NCBI GenBank assembly: GCA_018668095.1
Contig: JABIQF010000096.1
Coordinates: forward strand, 1-33,965
Origin: Cellvibrionales bacterium
GTDB taxonomy: Bacteria > Pseudomonadota > Gammaproteobacteria > Pseudomonadales > UBA7434
Length of the DNA: 33,965 nt
Direction: 5' to 3'
How positions within the stretch are numbered: position 1 is the stretch's first letter; each line of letters begins with the position of its first letter. A program made the position numbers and the translations under genes. The notes under the pieces were generated by a model. That model worked only from the letters and a program-made list of their open reading frames with translations, was not told where the DNA came from and ran no database searches. Below are positions 29,282 through 33,965 of this stretch, piece after piece.

Positions 29282-30327
29282 ATGACAACAGTTTCGCGCA
29301 TTGCAATAACGCCGGGAGAGCCTGCCGGCATTGGTCCAGACATCCTTGTGCAACTTGCGCAGCATCAACAACGCGCGCAATTAGTCGCTATTGCTGATCC
29401 CTCGTTGTTACTTGATCGCGCCAAACGTCTCGGCCTGCCACTTATCATTAAATCGTTTAATGACAATACTATTGCAGAATGTGCAAAGCCCGGAGAGCTA
29501 TTCGTTGACGCTATCGAATTAACCTCGATACCTGAGCCGGGTATCGCTAATAGCGAATCGGGAGCCTATGTTTTAAAAACACTTGATCGCGGCATAGCGC
29601 TTTGCAAAAACAAAACTTTAGATGCGCTCGTTACTGGCCCAATCAACAAGCATTTAATTAATGAACATTTATCTAGCATAAATAAGCACAGCACTTTATT
29701 TAGTGGCCATACCGAATACTTAGCCGAGCAAACCAATACACCTCGCGTTGTCATGATGCTTGCCACCGAAAACAGTGAAGCCTCTTCCTTGCTAAGTCGC
29801 CCACTTAGAGTAGCGTTAGCCACCACACATTTACCGCTACGTGAAGTAGCTGACGCCATTCAACCCGCAATGCTTGAAGAAACGCTGCGCATTTTGCACC
29901 AAGACCTATATCGCACTTTGGTATTAGCCAACCAAATATATTAGTGTGCGGATTAAATCCGCATGCCGGTGAACAAGGCGACTTAGGTGATGAAGAGCTT
30001 CGCATCATTGAGCCCTGCCTTGCCAAATTACGCAGCCAAGGCATGCAATTATCGGCTGCACTGCCGGCCGACACCTTATTCACCGCAAAATATTTAGACA
30101 CGGCCGATGCCGTATTAGCGATGTATCACGATCAAGGCTTACCCGTGTTAAAGTCCCATGGCTTTGGCCAAGCAGTTAATATTACGCTAGGGCTGCCCTT
30201 TATTAGAACATCGGTTGATCACGGCACCGCCTTTGACCTTGCTGGTACAGGCAAAGCCAACATCAGCAGTTTAGACACCGCCATATCCATGGCCATTGAT
30301 TTATCCCAACAAGCGAGCAATAAGTGA
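29282..30327 (+). pseudogene. pdxA: 4-hydroxythreonine-4-phosphate dehydrogenase PdxA, interrupted by a frameshift near 29906-29913
   Basis: The N-terminal 208 codons ([36 protein letters not shown]) are in one frame, which then stops at TAG 29942-29944. The conserved continuation [20 protein letters not shown]...[10 protein letters not shown]...[10 protein letters not shown] is in the -1 frame, open from 29878. Together they make a normal-length PdxA. Confidence 0.85.
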
Positions 30328-31160
30328 CAGACTCTGAATCTAACTATCAAACTGTGTCGCATACTGCCCGCAAACGATTTGGCCAAAACTTTTTACAAGA
30401 CGCCTCCGTTATCTATAATATTTTGCGTGCCATTGGCCCATCAAGTGGCGACCATCTTGTAGAAATTGGTCCGGGGCAAGCAGCACTTACCAAACCGCTT
30501 ATAGAGCAGATGGCTAAAGACAGTTCGTTGAAGCTACTCGAAATTGATAGAGATTTAGCATCGCAGCTCACGCTTCAATTCGCGCATGATGAACGCGTTA
30601 GCATTCAAATCGGTGACGCATTAGACTTTGACTTTTCGACACTGCGTGAGAAAACAGACAAGCCTCTTCGTGTTTTTGGCAACCTGCCTTACAATATATC
30701 CACACCGTTAATTTTTCATTTACTCGAGCAAGCAACAGCTAATCCAGCAGCAAATGTCATTAGCGATATGCATTTTATGCTTCAACGCGAAGTCGTCGAT
30801 AGAATGGCTGCGCCACCGGGCAGTAAAACTTATGGTCGTCTCAGCATCATGACGCAGTATTACTGTCAGGTAGAGCCACTCTTTGATGTGCCACCAGAAG
30901 CATTTACACCTCAGCCAAAAGTAATGTCAGCGATTGTTCGCCTACTGCCTTACAAAGATTTGCCGTTAAAAGCAGACCAGCCGAAAGCACTCGATAGAAT
31001 TGTTAGAGCCGCGTTTTCACAAAGACGTAAAACCATTCGCAATGGCTTAAAAGGCTTAATTAGCGCAGAAGAACTTGAAGCGATTAACATTGACCCTGGC
31101 GCTAGAGCTGAAACGCTCGATATCGCCACTTTTGTTAATATAGCAAACAGTCTAAAATAA
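30324..31160 (+). CDS. rsmA: 16S rRNA (adenine1518/1519-N6)-dimethyltransferase RsmA/KsgA
   Basis: 278 aa with KRFGQNFL, the SAM motif VEIGPG and NLPYNISTP. Its GTG start overlaps the pdxA stop (GTGA). Confidence 0.95.
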   Translation: MTDSESNYQTVSHTARKRFGQNFLQDASVIYNILRAIGPSSGDHLVEIGPGQAALTKPLIEQMAKDSSLKLLEIDRDLASQLTLQFAHDERVSIQIGDALDFDFSTLREKTDKPLRVFGNLPYNISTPLIFHLLEQATANPAANVISDMHFMLQREVVDRMAAPPGSKTYGRLSIMTQYYCQVEPLFDVPPEAFTPQPKVMSAIVRLLPYKDLPLKADQPKALDRIVRAAFSQRRKTIRNGLKGLISAEELEAINIDPGARAETLDIATFVNIANSLK

Positions 31161-31217
31161 AAACCTGTTCGGCAACATTGCAGGACAACTTCCATTGATT
31201 GCGGCATAATACTGATC

Positions 31218-31610
31218 ATGAATACTGAAAAACTGGCACTACAAGAAAGCATTAAAGTTAGCGTTAGACCGCGCTACCTTCCTGAGCAATCCAATGAAGC
31301 GGTTGCAGAATACACCTTTGCCTATACCGTAGAAATTGCTAATCATGGTGAAGAAGCCGTACAACTACTAGCTCGTCATTGGATAATCACCGATGGTAAC
31401 AACAGCATTCGTGAAATCGAAGGCGAAGGCGTTGTTGGACAGCAGCCATTAATTAAACCCGGTGAAAGCTACGAATACAGTAGCGGCGCCATTCTCTCAA
31501 CCAAAACCGGCACAATGGAAGGCTCTTATAAAATGTGCTCTGATGCCGGCTTATCCTTTGACGCCATCATCAATCCTTTTGGATTAATTCATCCAAACTC
31601 ATTGCAATAA
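31218..31610 (+). CDS. apaG: ApaG (DUF525) protein
   Basis: 130 aa with typical ApaG sequence (FAYTVEIANHGEEAVQLLARHWIITDGNN...EGEGVVGQQP...Y.SG). It lies between rsmA and apaH. Confidence 0.9.
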   Translation: MNTEKLALQESIKVSVRPRYLPEQSNEAVAEYTFAYTVEIANHGEEAVQLLARHWIITDGNNSIREIEGEGVVGQQPLIKPGESYEYSSGAILSTKTGTMEGSYKMCSDAGLSFDAIINPFGLIHPNSLQ

Positions 31611-31652
31611 ATCCCTCACCTTTAAGATGACCGCGATGGCAGCTTATTAACC

Positions 31653-32465
31653 ATGACTCAATATGCCGTAGGTGACATTCAAGGTTGCTACCATGAACTT
31701 ATGGACTGCCTAGATCAAGTTGCTTTTAACCCATCTAACGATTGCTTATGGGTTGCTGGCGACATGGTTAACCGCGGCCCCGACTCACTCGCCACACTGC
31801 AATTTTTATATCAACATCGCAACAGTGTACGCTGCGTTCTCGGCAATCATGATTTACATTTACTCGCTATTTATTTTGGCCATCGCAAAGCAAAGCCATC
31901 CGATACCGCTGCGTCTATTTTAGACGCCAGTGATAGCGACGAATTAATTCATTGGTTAAGACAGCAAGCACTTTGCATTCATGACGACGCCATTAACTTC
32001 ACCATGGCTCATGCCGGTATTGCGCCCCAGTGGACATTAAAAGAAGCGCTTAACTATTCCGCAGAAGTTGAAGCCGTTTTAAAAACTGATGCCATCCATC
32101 CTTTTTTAATGAACATGTATGGCAACACACCCGACACATGGCATGATGACTTAACCGGCACCGATAGACTGCGATGCATCACCAATTATTTTACTCGCAT
32201 GCGTATCTGTAATGACGATGGCAAACTAGACTTGATCTATACCGGCGACACCAACAACATACCTGAGGGATACCGGCCTTGGTTTGAACAAGCGAATAGA
32301 AAAACGCAGCAGCAGCGTATTATTTTTGGTCATTGGGCAGCGTTGAATGGCCACATTGACAATGAACATTTATTTGGTCTTGATACCGGTTGCGTATGGG
32401 GACAAACATTGACATTAATGCAATTAGATAATTACCATCTCACTATTGCGAATAGCCAAAGCTGA
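31653..32465 (+). CDS. apaH: Bis(5'-nucleosyl)-tetraphosphatase, symmetrical (ApaH)
   Basis: 270 aa with metallophosphatase motifs (YAVGDIQGC, GDMVNRGP, GNHD, GHW). Confidence 0.95.
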   Translation: MTQYAVGDIQGCYHELMDCLDQVAFNPSNDCLWVAGDMVNRGPDSLATLQFLYQHRNSVRCVLGNHDLHLLAIYFGHRKAKPSDTAASILDASDSDELIHWLRQQALCIHDDAINFTMAHAGIAPQWTLKEALNYSAEVEAVLKTDAIHPFLMNMYGNTPDTWHDDLTGTDRLRCITNYFTRMRICNDDGKLDLIYTGDTNNIPEGYRPWFEQANRKTQQQRIIFGHWAALNGHIDNEHLFGLDTGCVWGQTLTLMQLDNYHLTIANSQS

Positions 32466-32500
32466 AAGCACAGCGCGTTAAAGGTAGAGAAGCCCACACA

Positions 32501-33721
32501 ATGAAAACCTATTTAGTCGGCGGCGCAGTACGCGATCAACTGTTAGGCATTAACGTGATTGAGCGTGACTGGGTCGTGGTTGGCGCTACCGTTAAAGAAA
32601 TGCTCGATCAAGAATTCCAACAAGTCGGCAAAGACTTTCCTGTTTTTTTACATCCAACAACCAAAGAAGAACATGCCCTTGCCCGCACGGAAAGAAAAGA
32701 TGGCCGCGGACACACCGGCTTTCAGATTTATGCCAGCCCCGAAGTCACACTGGATCAAGACCTGACTCGTCGGGACTTAACCATTAACGCAATTGCCAAA
32801 GATGAGAGTGGTCGTTTAATTGACCCCTGTAATGGGCTTGCCGATATTAACAACCGAATACTCAGACATATTTCTCCCGCGTTTACCGAAGATCCATTAC
32901 GTGTATTACGGGTAGCAAGATTTCACGCCAAGCTATTACATCTCGGCTTTACTATCGCCCCCGAAACACTTGCACTAATGAAAGACATTAGTCACTCCTG
33001 TGAACTCACCGAGCTTTCACCCGAACGTATATGGCAAGAATTTCGTAAAGGATTAAACGAGACATCACCGCAGGCATTTATTAAAACGCTTTATCAATGC
33101 GATGCATTAGAACAACTACTGCCTGAGCTTAACCGATGCTTTCACAACAGTGATAATATGTTAGATGTATCTAGCAATGTAGGTAAGCGAACTTTGGCAG
33201 CATTAGAATATGCAGCACAACAAAATCACTCTGGAGAAGTGCGGTGGGCGATTGTATTGCACGCTATTGATAGTAACAGCAGGCCAAAAAACATTATTGC
33301 CAAAGTGCTTCAGAACAAAAACAATGAAGACAATGCTGTCAAAGCCATTAGTAAACGCTTGAGAGTACCGAATGACTATGGCGATCTTGCTGGCCTTGTT
33401 GCCTACTATATTGAATTTGCGATACAGGCAAAATCCGCCAAGCCGGATATTATTATTTCCTTATTAGATGCTTGCGATGCATGGCGAAGGCCTGAGCGGT
33501 TTGGGGATTTTTTGCGGACTTGTGAGGCGTTGATATCGACGAGCCCAGAGCGCTCACATCAGAATTTGGGGTCTATTGCTTTTTTGCGGATGGCTTTTGA
33601 GTTATGTAATGGTATTGATGCGAAGGAGTTTGTTGCCGCGGGGATTCGAGGTGAGGCGATTGGGGCGTCGGTGAGGAATGCTAGGAAGGTTTGTGTTGCA
33701 GAGTTGAAAAATCAATTTTGA
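32501..33721 (+). CDS. cca: tRNA CCA-adding nucleotidyltransferase (C-terminal HD domain apparently degenerate)
   Basis: 406 aa. The N-terminal half is near-canonical (YLVGGAVRD, RDWVVVG, ARTERK, RRDLTINA, EDPLRVLR). The C-terminal half aligns in length to E. coli Cca but lacks the His/Asp ligands. Confidence 0.93.
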   Translation: MKTYLVGGAVRDQLLGINVIERDWVVVGATVKEMLDQEFQQVGKDFPVFLHPTTKEEHALARTERKDGRGHTGFQIYASPEVTLDQDLTRRDLTINAIAKDESGRLIDPCNGLADINNRILRHISPAFTEDPLRVLRVARFHAKLLHLGFTIAPETLALMKDISHSCELTELSPERIWQEFRKGLNETSPQAFIKTLYQCDALEQLLPELNRCFHNSDNMLDVSSNVGKRTLAALEYAAQQNHSGEVRWAIVLHAIDSNSRPKNIIAKVLQNKNNEDNAVKAISKRLRVPNDYGDLAGLVAYYIEFAIQAKSAKPDIIISLLDACDAWRRPERFGDFLRTCEALISTSPERSHQNLGSIAFLRMAFELCNGIDAKEFVAAGIRGEAIGASVRNARKVCVAELKNQF

Positions 33722-33801
33722 TTTTTTATACATCATACATTTTTTCGAGTTTATTGATTTTTTTTGAGCTTTAAGGTCAAGAGCGTCGAGCTAGAAGCCA
33801 G

Positions 33802-33857
33802 AGTCTTGAGCATAGAATCTTGAGTAGTGAATCTTGAGTAGTGAATCTTAGTAGTGA
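33802..33857. repeat. Array of about 4 copies of a 14-bp tandem repeat (GAATCTTGAGTAGT)
   Basis: AGTCTTGAGCATA / GAATCTTGAGTAGT / GAATCTTGAGTAGT / GAATCTT-AGTAGT: two perfect central units flanked by degenerate ones. The array is non-coding, downstream of cca. Confidence 0.8.
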
Positions 33858-33900
33858 TGGGATATTCTCAGGGTTTACTTTCTTTTTTGAGTTTTCAATC

Positions 33901-33965
33901 AAGACCGTCGGGAGTGGCCCGACATGCCAGTCACTTTTTTCTACAGCAAAAAAAGTAACCAAAAA
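33901..33965 (-). repeat. Dispersed intergenic hairpin repeat, copy B (inverted relative to copy A, truncated by the window end)
   Basis: The reverse complement reads TTTTTGGTTAC-T7-GCTGTAG-AAAAAAGTGACTGGCATGTCGGGCCACTCCCGACGGTCTT. This matches 81-103 plus 163-200 and lacks the 59-bp insertion of copy A. Confidence 0.8.

Noticed and set aside
29900-29944. Programmed -1 ribosomal frameshifting as the explanation for the split pdxA.
   Set aside because: There is no X-XXY-YYZ slippery heptamer and no obvious downstream structure at the required position (sequence GAC CTA TAT CGC). No precedent for recoding in pdxA is known to me. A mutation or sequencing error is more parsimonious.
29566-30101. 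Two minus-strand ORFs of 97-98 aa opposite pdxA. The same applies to 30950-31252 opposite rsmA/apaG.
   Set aside because: These are antisense shadows of conserved genes with no independent start signals.
33802-33857. Tandem 14-bp repeats as a possible CRISPR array.
   Set aside because: The units are contiguous with no spacers, far shorter than CRISPR repeats, and there are no cas genes.
33777-33962. 61-aa minus-strand ORF at the right edge.
   Set aside because: It is composed almost entirely of the tandem 14-bp array and the dispersed repeat. It is a repeat-derived chance ORF.

Overview
This 34-kb window is core chromosome from a gammaproteobacterium. Its gene order closely parallels Pseudomonas/Oceanospirillales-type genomes. 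I found no rRNA, tRNA, CRISPR array, transposase or integrase.

Left to right:
- A dispersed hairpin repeat at the left edge.
- A six-gene TonB2-type energy-transduction operon on the minus strand: DUF3450/TtpB-like, TtpC-like, exbB, exbD, tonB and a TPR protein.
- thyA-lgt-TSUP-ptsP-rppH on the minus strand.
- A HAD-IB hydrolase, coq7, a VOC protein and an OsmC protein.
- crp/vfr, preceded by a perfect CRP half-site pair.
- trpE-G-D-C on the minus strand, behind a 324-bp structured non-coding leader.
- rpe.
- A lower-GC islet at about 20.8-23.25 kb. It holds a DUF3530-like secreted protein, a Fur-box-fronted pair of unknown genes (159 aa plus a 54-codon ORF absent from the ORF track) and a LysE exporter.
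- amgK-murU, divergent from lptD-surA-pdxA-rsmA-apaG-apaH-cca.
- A repeat-rich right edge carrying an inverted copy of the left-edge repeat.

The observations most worth follow-up are:
- the Fur-box cassette of unknown function;
- a frameshifted pdxA inside an otherwise intact, translationally coupled operon;
- an 11-bp perfect hairpin with a T-tract between exbB and exbD;
- four alternately complementary GGTTAC/GTAACC segments upstream of trpE;
- a CCA-adding enzyme whose HD-domain ligands appear to be lost.

Nothing here is a clear-cut novel multi-gene system. The Fur-box cassette is the best candidate for undescribed biology. All product calls rest on my recognition of translated motifs and synteny, not on database searches.
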